DNA from: Catajapyx aquilonaris
Lineage: Eukaryota
Assembly: GCA_000934665.2 (NCBI GenBank)
Contig: KZ538708.1
Coordinates: 1 to 52,346, forward strand
Direction: 5' to 3'
Length of the DNA stretch: 52,346 nucleotides
The notes beneath the pieces were generated by a model, which ran no database searches, was not told where the DNA came from, and was given only the letters and a program-made list of their open reading frames with translations. Of this stretch, positions 37,572-50,200 are shown piece after piece; position 1 is the first letter of the stretch; every line of letters starts with the position of its first letter. A program made the position numbers and the translations under genes.

Positions 37572-40500
37572 GGGGGGGGGGGGGGGGGGGAGAGAAGAGG
37601 GCGTAGAGTGGGGGGGATAGAGTTTGGTGGAGGTGGTGGTGGAAATCAGAGCGAATAAGAGTGGGAGGAGCTGCTTCCGGGCGACAAGTGCGCCAATGTC
37701 TCCCTTGGCAACTGGCCTGGCCAACTTCAGAAGAAACCCTCCCACCCTCTCCCCAGCTTCCATTCCTCTTCCGCAAAGGCGGTACCCCCATCGCTATGGG
37801 AACGCTTCAAATTCGGCGGTTGCAACTTGGCAACTGGATTCATTTTTTATATTCTCTCCTCCTTTCCCCTCTTCAAAAAAAAAAGGAGCGTATTAGAGAG
37901 AAACTTGACGACATTCTTATCTCCCTGAATGGTTGGGTATACATGAAAGTGGAGGCTAGAGGACATGGAAACGCTCCTTGTCAATGGGCACCCNTTCCTA
38001 GCTTTTTAACGGATCTGACTGTTGTTTTCACGGATTTCAGGCATTCTTTGCATCAATCCTGAGCATTGTTGAGCCTTCCTGTTGGCTATTTGAGCCTCGG
38101 CAGGCATTGAAGAGTAGCAGACGTCTCTAGAGTCTAGTCTGTTTAGGATGCTGGCGTAAAAGAGGAAATAAAGAGGAGAGGGGGGGGGGGAAGAGCCCGT
38201 GTCATCTCTCTTTCTCCAAGGACAATCTTGTTCCCGCGCAAAAGAGTTGGCTAAGTCGCAGCTCTCTCTCTTCCATTTGGCGCCCTTTCTCACTCTAATT
38301 CATCTTCATTACTGTCTCTCCTTCGTCTGCACTTTATTAAATCTACTCATCATTTTTCCTTCCCTGTGTTGAGGGAAGCCATGTTGAAAGCGCAGGCGCC
38401 GTAGGGACCTCCGAGGCGCCCAAAGTAACAGGAGCAGCCTTGGAAATTGCAATTGAATTCTCCGCAAATGTCAAGCCCGCCTTCCTCCCCACTCTTCTCT
38501 ACCTCCCCCCCCCTCCCTCCCTTCTGGTGATTATGGCAACGGAAGATGGAAGGTATGGAGGGGGTCATTTAACATTGTAATGTAGCTTAATGCAAGCAGG
38601 TGACTGGCGCTTGATGGAAAAGCGCCCAAGACATGCCCAAGAGGGAGACGAGCCCGAAGTTTCCGGTGTCGCGGTTCCAGAATGGAACACTTTCTTTTCG
38701 GTGCTGTGTGACAAGGCTTCGCATGAGATAAAGCGGCACAGGAAATAGAGCGTTGCTTGACAACAGTCGGCTTGCTTCTCAATGACAACATGCAGTAGAG
38801 GAGCATGTGCTCTGAGGTTTGTGCGGGAAAATAGCCAGTTTCAAAACTGACCTGAGTTAGTGGTTAGTTTTTTATAGTTCAATGTGAGACGCAATGCGTC
38901 GGTATTAATTCAGCCCACTTGTTAGATATATGATGGATCAACTTACTTGGCAGGAAAAATGAAAGGTTGAAAGAGAAATGGCCACTCACGCATGCAACTA
39001 TAAAGAAGAATAGCGTGTAAGAGAAAAGGGGTTCACCATGCAGGATTTTTAACTGATGATATAATATTGCTGCCAGCATTTCAGAGCATGCTATATAGTG
39101 TAACTTTTAAAATTCGATTGTCAATTTAATACTGAAAAATATTTAAATAATAGAACGCGGAGCTACTTCTCTCAAACATTTACCCAGGCCGAACACTAAC
39201 AAAAAAAAATCGCAATTTTTTAAGAACAATAACAAAATTCACAAAAAATTTCTTAGCTCACCAGTAGATGATAGTTTGTTGCTGCAATAATTTTTAAGTG
39301 TTCAGTAGGCTGTAAAAGAGGCAATAACTCCTCTGCTCACTTCAATTTCACACTCCAATTTTAAAAGATACAGAACTGGCCTCGCCGCCAGAAAAGCTGG
39401 TTACGTTTAAGCATAATACTCAATAATTATGATCAATAAAAGTTTTTCTTAACAACGAAACAAAATTTTCAACAGAAGAAGTATATGAAACAGACTAAAG
39501 AAGAATGAGAATCAAGCTGCATTAATAACTATAAAATATAGCCACAGAAACGTGCCAACTGTTTGCACTGGATATGTATACAAATGTGTATAGTATGCGG
39601 TGGAGCGTTTATAAGGAAGGGAGTTTAGTGGTGACCCATTATGGAAGCTGCATCATGGCCTCTACCTTTGCAGTATTGCCCTGAAAATGACCCGAAAATG
39701 CTCCAAGAGTCCCTTTCAGCAAATGAAAACTGCCAGTGTCTTGCGCAGCCTGTTGTGAGCATGAAAGTTGAAAGGTCCTGATGGTTCCAGCAACTCCAAG
39801 TGGGACGAAGGGAATATCTGAAACGAGAATAATGAAATATTGCAATTAAAACTGACAAACATTTTGACTACTATAAAATAGCATGAAAAGTATACTGTGC
39901 AGATATTGTAAGCTCCTATTTTGTAGGAAAAAGAAGGCATATTCATCAGAGCTGGCTTAGAGACGAGAATCTAAAACCGTATTATTATACGTATATAGTG
40001 TTCATTTGAAAACCCAAGGCGGACTCGGTACAAAGAGCACTATAATGTAACTGTAAGACACTCGAGTTGAACAGCCTTACACTGTCAACTCTTAAAGCCT
40101 CGAAATTGCCTGCCAGTCACTTGGGAAATTTGACATTTGTGCTGTTCTTAAACCAAAATAAATACTTGGAAACGTTTTGCTATGCGCGGTCTGGAAAAAG
40201 CAAAAGCTCGAATCCCTCTGCAAAGGTCGCGTGCCTCGCCTGCCAAATTATAACGCAGAGAAAATATTCCTCCTCCTGTGCCATTAGCAATGCCTGACAA
40301 CCGAGGTGTAAAATGCAAAGCGATCATAAATAACGGCCGACACTTTCAAAACACAGTGGCTGGAGATGGCGTAAAAAGAAAAGCCAAAAAAGGAGAAGAA
40401 GCCCTTTCCCAATGGAAAACGAGAGAGGTTGCAGTTATAAAGCCTTTGAGATGTAGCTAAAAGATATTCCGTAAAGCCCTCAGAATTGTGTTGGTTTTTG

Positions 40501-42753
40501 TCTTCCGTTATTAATGGGGCTTGACGCCTGATGGACATGCGCACTTCTTCGCCTTTGTCTTTCATGTTTTTCGTTTAAAACTATCTCCAGCAGCATTTGA
40601 AAAACACGCCCGAATCGGCACATTCCAAAAGCGGAACTTCAATCCTAAGGCGGTTTCGTAAACTAAATAATCTAATCCACCAACGAAGAATTTCAGACAG
40701 GATACGAATAAGAAAGTCAAGGTGAGAACTCAATTTGGATGTAATTTGTCATTTGCCATCATAGTCGAGTGGATTTAAGAGACGGATTAAAGACTCGTAA
40801 AGATTCTTCTTTAATGGCGATGTCAGCATTCTTCCGATGCTTCAGAAGAACGATTCTCTTCATCGCCTATAGATCTGTTGTTTTAGTCCTGATGCTGGTT
40901 GGATCCAAACTGAGTTCTGAGGTGATTTTATGCACGCCCCCATCTACATTTTATTGTCAACACCAAACAGTATTGTTTTGATGCCAGAATCTGATTAGGC
41001 GAAAATACTACGATAACAACAATCAGTTTTAATTATATAAACCCACATATAAAAACCAGAAAAACAACTGCCTGCTCTCGAGTAACTTAGGTGCAAATGT
41101 AAACAATTTACATGGTGTGTTTTTCCGATTTGACAGACTTTACCGTATAAGATTACACATGAGTCGGTGAGACTAAGAAATGTAATATTCATAGGGGAAA
41201 CTGCTGGCGAAATGGAGCAACGCATGACCTTTGATTAAGTCATGAACGACATCATTAATATATCATCATCAGATATTCTCACGATTTTTAAATCGATATA
41301 CAACTGGGCACCTTCAATGGGCTTTCCGATATCACCATAACTGCATGTTTGTGTCACTCCGCATACATTACTATATTTAATAATGTCGTTGTCCATTTCA
41401 TGCAGAAAAAACCGTACGTATACAATATATACTATATATGACCAAGACCTTTTCATATTGCTCATATTCAATATGAACTCTTCATCTTCATTGTAAGTTT
41501 TTATGGTATATAACTGATGGGACTTTTTGGAACATTAAAATAAATATGGGCATATACGCACAGTTGGCCAAAAAGTGGGCTTGAACATTTTTCATTCTCA
41601 CAGACTCACTTTCACTTTTGTTCCTAATGCTCTACTCAGTCTACACTGTAACAGTAGTGCTTCTCAATACCATGGTTGATCCATCATCATTATTATTTCA
41701 TACACATCAAAAATATCACACCATAGCTACTCGTTTTGGGTATAATGCTAGTAATTAATGGATATTAGCTGAATTAAGCCCATTACGGTCACACACGGTG
41801 TTAGGATAAGTTGAAAATTATTCAGTGCGGGAAATACCGGTTATGCAGATTAAGGTATTGTTCCGAATTTGACACAAACACCATGCCGATCATTATTACT
41901 CTGTTGTAATAAGTTCTGTTGACAAACTAAGCAAGTATTTTCGGGCATATTTATCAATTTGTTGTACTGTATAGGAGCAACGAAAAAATTTGGTTTTCAA
42001 GCTGAAATCATCATCATCATATGTCATCATATTTGTGTCCCACTACAAGGTGATAAGTAGTAAATCCATCAGATAAGCAAAAGGAGAGCTGTCCCTTACT
42101 CTATATACGTACATCTATCAGCGTTATAGGTTTTGCATTATAAACTTTTCTTATCTTTCCTGCTGGGCTGATAAAACCAAAGTGAACTAGCAGCTAAGAT
42201 TTTTAACAAATTTTAATATCGCTAACTGTGATTCAGGAAAATGAATGGAAGAAAACTTCTGGGTTGCATTTTTGAGAGTGCAAGGTATTTATAAGCTATT
42301 CAGAGTCAGCAAAATTATAAAAATATAGATGCATCCAATAACTTGAATCTCGGATGTGTGCGTACCATGGAGCAAAATTATTTACAACTCTGGGTAGACT
42401 ATGTAAAATGATAAAGCGGCGGGATATGTATAATACTGCTTGAAATTATCAAACACTTTTTATATTTTGCATCTAACAGTCAGTTATGATAACGTATGTC
42501 TTATGGAAATTTTGTGTGCTATATCATATAGCCTATACTGCCTATACCCGCGCAAAGCCTGCTGGATGTGTCTTGTTAGAATGTCATATATGACAAGTGT
42601 GAAGTTCAATTAAGCCAATAAATCTTGCCTAACTGACACAGCCCAATGATGTTACAGCTCTCTCGATCGCAAGTATACTCATGTAATCAAAATGTTAACT
42701 GCTTCTATATTGACGCATTTTATAAATGATTAAAATATTCACTAATAAGTTCC

Positions 42754-42787
42754 TGCCGATGTGCGATATAAATATCGCACATCGGCA
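42754..42787. repeat. Perfect 16-bp inverted repeat with 2-nt spacer
   Basis: TGCCGATGTGCGATAT-aa-ATATCGCACATCGGCA. Confidence 0.9.
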
Positions 42788-43023
42788 CAGTATGGGAACA
42801 AAATCACCATCTTCATCATTTCACATGCTTGAAAGTTTATAATTATTAAATATTTTCATGAACACAGTGCTCAAAATCGCAAAAAAGAATGTACATCAAT
42901 ACCAGCCACAGAAACATTTGTTAAAATTAGGCACATTGCTAAGATAATATTATATGTGTCATTCATGTGCGTCTATAGAAAGACACAAGCAACACTCACT
43001 CTGAGTTTCAATATGAAAACCTA

Positions 43024-43314
43024 CTCTCTAAAAAAATAAGAGTTAAATTAACTCTTTTAAACCTTGAAAGTGGTCATTACCAAAAATGAGTTATAATAAC
43101 TCTTTGCTGGAGTTAAAACAACTCTTTTAGTTCATTTCATCCTCCGAAAGAGTGAATTAATAACTCTTTTCGGAGGATGAAATGAACTAAAAGAGTTATT
43201 TTAACTCCAGCAAAGAGTTATTATAACTCATTTTTGGTAATGACCACTTTCAAGGTTTAAAAGAGTTAATTTAACTCTTATTGAGTTTTTTTTAACTCTA
43301 CTTTTTTTAGAGAG
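43024..43314. mobile_element. Young palindromic MITE with internal GAGTT/AACTC subrepeats
   Basis: Termini TA|CTCTCTAAAAAAA ... TTTTTTTAGAGAG|TA. Inner arms of about 115 bp (43035-43149 versus about 43168-43282) show one visible mismatch; the right arm has about 20 extra bp. Confidence 0.88.
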
Positions 43315-43954
43315 TAATAATCCCAGTGAATGAGCGCGCAATAATTGCCGTGCAAATATTCACAATGTGTCGGATAGAATTAAAATATCAAATCCCAATA
43401 AATGTGTCCGTGTAGGCTACTATAGTCCTAGTACGAGTATAACCACCCTTTATTTGAAAACTTAAGTATAATAGCCTAGCTGGTTAAATACTGATTTGGG
43501 CTATCATTAATTACTGTGAAATGCACGCATTACATGGAACTGGATCTGTCTGATTTTCCTCCTGACCATATAGCTTTGTTGGTGATTAGGATATCTGTGA
43601 TATTCACCATTTTTTAATTTTTTTTGCCGGAAAGGTGTGAATGCAAGGTGCATCAGATAAACAAATATCTCTTGCGATGTGTTTTGTTTTGCAATCTTTA
43701 GGCTATTGCAAAACAAAATGTCAGGTATTTTTATATGGATAAGTTATCGAGAATTGAACATTTTACACTGAAGATAATAATAGTGCAGTGTATAATATGC
43801 TTCCTGGCTGAAGGGGACAGTGTAATATTGGAATTACCGACCCTGTAAATATTCACCGTTTTACAGATAAATGCATTTATCAAAAATATAAAGCGGGCCA
43901 AGAAATCAGCTCTCCATGACTGTTGGGATACTCTGAACTTCAAAAGCCCGCGGA

Positions 43955-44079
43955 AATCAGTCTGCTATAGCCGAGGTCTGCTATATCCAAATACACAGGC
44001 CATGGAAGTGTGGTGGGAGCAGCCTCTCAGTGCCATAACAGAGAATCTCCGAGGCTGTTATATCCGAAGTCAACTGGTA
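43955..44079. mobile_element. Possible pogo/Tigger-like terminal remnant
   Basis: Repeated ctgctatagccga / ctgctatatcca / ctgttatatccgaagtcaactg resembles Tigger-type ends; no partner TIR is seen. Confidence 0.3.
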
Positions 44080-44143
44080 ATAATATTACTGTAATGGCGG
44101 CCAGTGATCAGTCACTCCCATCTAATTGCATTCTCCTACGGAC

Positions 44144-44216
44144 GTCCTTGTGGCGCAGTGGATAGCGCGTTGGACTTCTAATCCAAAGGCCCCGGGTTCG
44201 AATCCCGGCAGGGATG
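44144..44216 (+). tRNA. tRNA-Arg-TCT: tRNA-Arg, anticodon TCT, intronless
   Basis: Complete 73-nt cloverleaf: acceptor GTCCTTG/CAGGGAT plus discriminator G, D stem GCGC/GCGC, anticodon stem TTGGA/TCCAA with loop CTTCTAA (TCT at 44177-44179), T arm CCGGG-TTCGAAT-CCCGG. A and B boxes are intact. Confidence 0.96.
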
Positions 44217-44220
44217 CTGC

Positions 44221-44239
44221 TTTTTTTTTTTTTTTTTTT
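44221..44239 (+). terminator. RNA polymerase III terminator (T19)
   Basis: Poly-T begins 4 nt after the tRNA discriminator base. Confidence 0.85.
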
Positions 44240-47200
44240 AAGTGTTTCTTTTCCGTCTTTCCTTGATACCGCGCGCTCGCCTGTTACTTCTGATTACTCC
44301 TTAACGTCAAAATTACGCAATATTTTGCAGATGATTTTTTCACAGCAGGGATGTAGGGCATAACATAATCAGTCTTAAAGCATCATAAAAAAAAGAAATG
44401 GCCCACAATTACTGAGCTTTATAATGCCTTACGAAGCGTTGTATTTAGGAAACTGTCACGCTATTTAAAGATTACAGCATTTTAAAACATTGTAGCATAA
44501 ATGCAATTTATTGCAAATCTGCAACAAGCATACACCTAAAAAGGCACAAGAGTCATATCAACACTAGAACCTCCCACTTCTTATGCAATGCATATAATAT
44601 CAGTATATATTGACAATTTTCCGCTGATACAACTGCAAACAGGCCATTATTGATGAATCCTTACAACGTGAACACTCAGTGTTGAACAGACCATTAGTGA
44701 TACAATTTATCGGACTCTTTCTCCGATAAACACACCTTCAATTGTAGTATGTAATAATAAGACATATCGCTGGAAACCCCATTAAATGTGTTTTCCAGAG
44801 GATATGTAACGCTATTCCACCCTTGATATGATGAGAAGACAGGAGCCAGTGTCAAATCTTTACCAGTACGGATGTCAGATAAATTCTGAAACACTCGGTA
44901 TATACTGCAACATATTATTATTGTTTCAAATTCTTGTCATAAGGGAGCACAATTTATCCAGATTATTCCATTTTTAGTCGCACATGAAAAGTTATTAGTT
45001 ATTAATTATCTTATAGCTGGTGTGTATTTGTCCGGTACATGTTAACTAATGTAATTAATATCTGGCGATCTAAATAAGTTTATATAACAATGTGGAATAG
45101 AGTAATGCATATTCTTGCGTTAAAATGCTTAACTGAATCCATTCCTTAATATTTATACACACATACAAGGCGTACCACAATGGAGCTGATATCCGTATAC
45201 AGATGGAAATGTTGCGGAATGCTCACCCTGAGCTTGGCTATTTAGCTGAAGGACAGGATGAAAGATCAAGTGGAAACAATGTGCTGTCATCAGCCAACAC
45301 AGTGCAATTCTATTTCCCCTCCCAATCGTACAGTATATGAACTGACTGTTGGAGCATACCGCGAGGTTAACCATCTCAATCTCAAATGTAAATCTGATTA
45401 TACCATTACTCGTGATTACACCTAATCATTTTCCATACCGAAGCAATGGACCATTCTCGTATTTACACTACAATGTGTAACATCCGAGTACGACATGGGG
45501 TTAACCCCTCTGATTACCCTGCATATAAAGGTGATTCAAATAAAATTGTAGATACTGCCCGACACGCATGTAAGTTAAATAGATATTGTATGCAGAGAGA
45601 AAAATATTTAAATGTCATCAGAGCGAAACGGTACTTGTATTGGTTGAACCTCGTTGCGCATCATTTCTGGGCTTCGCGGGAAATACATTCCCACTTGTAA
45701 CAGCCTCAATAGAATACAACAATGGCTACAGTCGTTGGATTAGGTGAAGTACAGTATACTGTATAAAAATGTTCCAAGATACGTAAAATTCGACACAGTA
45801 GCCTACGTATAATGTTGGGGAACGATCAACTTACGTAAGTCGGTGGCTGCCTGTTTATTAAACATTATAATACTTTTTTCAAAATATAAACACTAATGCC
45901 TCACGTAACACTGGAAGTATGCCCCAAAAACACATTGAAATTTATTAGCAATAAAAAGATACATTTGGCTCATGCGGCATGGAGGCGTTTGGGCCGTCAA
46001 CCCGAGGTTCCCTCTCTGGCTATATGACACTGCCGTAAACACTTCAATCTAAGCGATGCTTCCTTCATGAACCAAATTCATAATATTAATCTCTGGTTTA
46101 TGTGTAGTAATCCAGGAAAAGCCTGCATTTCCGAATCGACAAATAGTACAGGCACTAATACCGCGTGTTTCAGATTCTAGCTCACACACGTTAACATTTT
46201 GCGAAAACTGTCCCAATTACAGAATCTCCATTCACACTGTTGAATTTTATGTCATATCTTTTGAAATATCCTATACATAATGTGCTTTTGTCATTGATCA
46301 ACCTGTACAGGTGGAAAACAAGTGACTGTAATCCTGTGTCCCGCCTTTTTCCAGCTATGTTTTCTTATCGATCCCTCCAGCAATTACCAAGCATGACAAA
46401 TTCTACGGCAGATGGTAGCAGGAGTCAGGCGCCAACTTAAAAAAACTGCACTTTGAATTTTGCGCCTGGTTGAATCTGATTCGCAATCATTAATCCACAG
46501 TTTATCAGTCACATCAGTACGCAGTCATTACACAAACGAATTCATTCTCCTGACAGACCACTTTTCATCCACATTATATTTAATTAAACTATATGAATAT
46601 ACTCTGCCCTCTGCCGGCCTGAGCAAAGTCCGCGCGGTGTGTCGCCATGATGGCGGCAAGCTGCGCCGAGGTCTCCCTGCACAATATAGACTGCTATGGT
46701 GGCCCCCCCTTGAAAAAGGCAGCCCGGAAGTCTTGGTAGGCCCCTTTGGCATGGCAAGGCAGACAAAGAGCATCTAGCGGCCTTTTCCAGCATGGCGGGA
46801 CGAACTTTTGGGGGTGTACGGTGGTGGTGTGCCGGGGAGATCCTTTGTCTGGGCGTCCACGAAGAGTCTTTTCCGCATCTGAGGCAAGCCTCGGCCCGTG
46901 ACAAGTGGCTGACACGGGCGCCGGTCCGAGAAGGAAAACACCAAGATCGATGGCTTCCAGTCGCCTCCAACATTTATATCCGGGGGGAGAAATGAATGGT
47001 GCCTTTTATGGAAAATTAGGAGAAGAGGCAACAGTCTCGGGGGCCCCTTGCTTTTAATTGCTTTCCATGGTTCTGCCTCCTTGGCTTCAGCAGCAAGACA
47101 AGATTGCCACGCAATGCCTTCTCACCCCCCTCTCTCTTGTCACCCTCCCATGTGATGTACAGGCTATGTCATTCCTTTGGATTACGTCAAAAGTTCGCTT

Positions 47201-50200
47201 GGAAGTCGATATATTCAAGGGGTAAAATGCCAATATATTTTTTTGGGGTGGTGTGAGGAGAAGGCTCATATATGGGATTTCGATACTATGCGGATCAATT
47301 TAGTTCGATGATCATACAACTGCTATTACGGTACGCTTGACATGCCGCGTAATATCGTGGGGGAGCTGCAGCATATTATAGAAAATTTGCAGAGTTTGAT
47401 GATGGAGGACTTGCACAAGGATCAGGTATGGAAAATGAATTTTCTTGGAACGTACTCTATAGTCAGGCAGGCTCTCCACCTTGCATTCCCACCTTGGAAA
47501 AGCGTCTTAATTCTGAGCAACTTTACGATATCCACGCAACATTGCGTCTCGATCGCGTTTATTACGCCTGATCCCATTGAGATTGCTTTTCCGAGTCTTC
47601 ATCTTCACTTCATCACACTTAAACTTTTCTTAAGTCTGGGAGTTGGCGCTCTAATGTAAACCAAACATTCCTTCAAGGAGCAATTTTATTCCCGGTGTAG
47701 TTGGGCTAATAAAGAAACCTTACAAGGTGATGAGATGGCTTTCTGCAAAGTCGTCCAAGGTGCCGTCTTTCGAAATAGGAAATGTTGCTAATTGGTTTAT
47801 TGTCAGACCCTGACAAGCAACTCGAAAATGAGTTGACTCGCATGGCATCCGAGTTCAAAGAAACGACGCCCATCCTACTGTATGTTCACCAGAATCAATC
47901 ACTGCTCTCAACTGTTACTAAATCCCCGATTGATTGCGCCCTGCGTCAGGATAAAATCATTTGCCAGCTTGATCCCAGAATATTCAGGTCGCACTCACTA
48001 GAACACGACCTTCAATTTTGCCTACCTTTTTGCTAAGGCATCCAATTAGCTTACTTCGAATCAGACTTAGTCGTACACGAATGAAATTGCACCATGCCCT
48101 TTTGAAAAGTCAGCTCCTCACAAAAGAAAATTTGGATGCAATGCAGAAACATAATTATTCGTTAAGTGCGAAGGAGTGTACGACGTCCTATTGTGTCATT
48201 ATGCTAATGTCTGGGATTCAGAATTATAAGTTTTCCGGCCCTCCAGACTAATTGTTGGTATCATTCCACGACATATAAAACAACATGTCAGCATATATAG
48301 TAGGGGGCAAGCGTATATATAAGGGTGCAGACCCTTCCCTTTCTTGCATCACCTACAATCCGTTGATGACCAAAGAAAATGATGGACCAAATGAGCTTGT
48401 TGCCGCTTCTTAATTCCCATTCCAGCAGAGCGTCTCTTGTCGTCGTGTTTACGGCCTCTCTTTCACTGGGCTTAAATCCGTCCGACCACAACAGGCTGCC
48501 TTCCTTTTATCCTTACACCCCTTCCGTTTTGCATAACGACCCTTTGCCGGAGCAGTCTTCCTAACTTCCCCTTTCAGAAAACAGGACCAGAGGAGGACCT
48601 GGCCAGAAGATTATGGACCTGCACTTGTGGGGCTAAACCCCTTAACCTTCCGCTTCCAAGCCATACATGCCGCTGCCAGCAGCTTGCAGGAGCAGTCTGT
48701 GTATGGGGGGGTTTTTGGATGGAGGCTGCTGTGGGGAGGTTGGCAGCACGAGAGGGCTTTGCCGCTCGTCCTACGGCTTGTCAGGTGAAATTGCCGCAAT
48801 CCCTTCCACATGTAACATCTGCCAACGATTAATCCCTACACAAGTCATTTCTGACAGGGACGATTGCGGCCAGCCACTTCCTTCTGCCGCTGGAGGCGCC
48901 AAATATGTGACTTGTCAACGGCCTCAAACTTGCAGTTTTATTCGGATACACTCTGTAGTGTTGGTGTCAATTTGGTATTATCAAGTGCATCAGTTTGTTT
49001 ACTAGCTGACTATAACCTGGTCTTTTGCATGGCACTTCATAGCATGAACCACGTAATACCAGACAGCACTTTCGAGTTAGCGAGCATGGCATCGGAGGAT
49101 TGACACACGTCTGCATGTCAACTCTATGGAAGAGCTGCTTCCTATAACAATGTGTCTGAAAAGTTTCAGTCCAATAATGGTACAGTGATGGTTGCAGTTC
49201 GACTGTGTATTACATTTTTAAAAATCAGAGTTGGTTCACTATGCAAGAGTTACAGGAATTTGAAGGGACTCGTGGAATTGTCAATATTTGCACACAATTG
49301 TCGCTAATTCAATATTGTAGTGGTTCGAGTCAGACTGGCAACAGTACTGCATTGTTGTCAGGAGGATTGTTCTGGAAACCGTTGTTAAGGGAGCAGTGTT
49401 GATATATGTGGAACTGTTTGGAACGGGGAGTCGTTGAGTGACTGTTCGAGAGATCAGACGTTTATCTGTACAATCATGTGTGAAGAATATACATTTTAAA
49501 GCTGTCCGGTGCCTATCATTCATCGTGGTGTTCCTGACGTGGGATCTTGGGGCACTACAATATGGAAAACTTTGGCACTTACAAGTTTGTCCATTGTTGC
49601 GCTCAATTATTCATTTGGGGTGATTGTTTACTTGCAGCAGTATAAAGTACAATCATCTCGTCACATACAGTATTTTACAGTTCAAGTATACGGTAGTCAA
49701 AATTAAATATGGAGCAGTTTTGATTTGAACATTGTAAGCCTACAACTGTGGGTTTCTAAAAACGGGGAAAAGGCAGTATAATTGTGAAAATTACGGATTT
49801 TCTGCCAAAATTAGTAATAGGCCTATTTAGCACAACTTATGATGGTGTGATATGAAGACGGAGGTGATGCAATAGGATGTTATAGAGCCTAATCGCTGCA
49901 TATGTAAGTCTAATGATACATTGTAGGAGTGTGGAAATGAGAAAATGAGAAAATGCGGCAATTTACGACCTGCATATAGATATGATTAAGGATAGAGATC
50001 AGGTTTCACGTTCAGACAAGTCTTTAAGCATGGCTTAATTCGTGTAGGTTATATGACCATTTATAAAGAGGAGAATTTTCATGCTATATTCACACGTAAA
50101 ACATGGTCGGGGCGAATAGTAACATCACTCTTGTGGTAAATAGAAATATTTCATTGCAAGGTGCCCATTTGTTATTGCTTAATTATTATTCTCATGTGCT

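Noticed and set aside
37209..37896. Overlapping ORFs around the N gap
   Set aside because: They span ambiguous bases and poly-G/C runs, so they are not interpretable.
39666..39817. Possible minus-strand exon (ttctcgtttcAG ... AAG|GTAGAG)
   Set aside because: No partner exons or recognisable protein in any frame; such splice-like pairs are common by chance.
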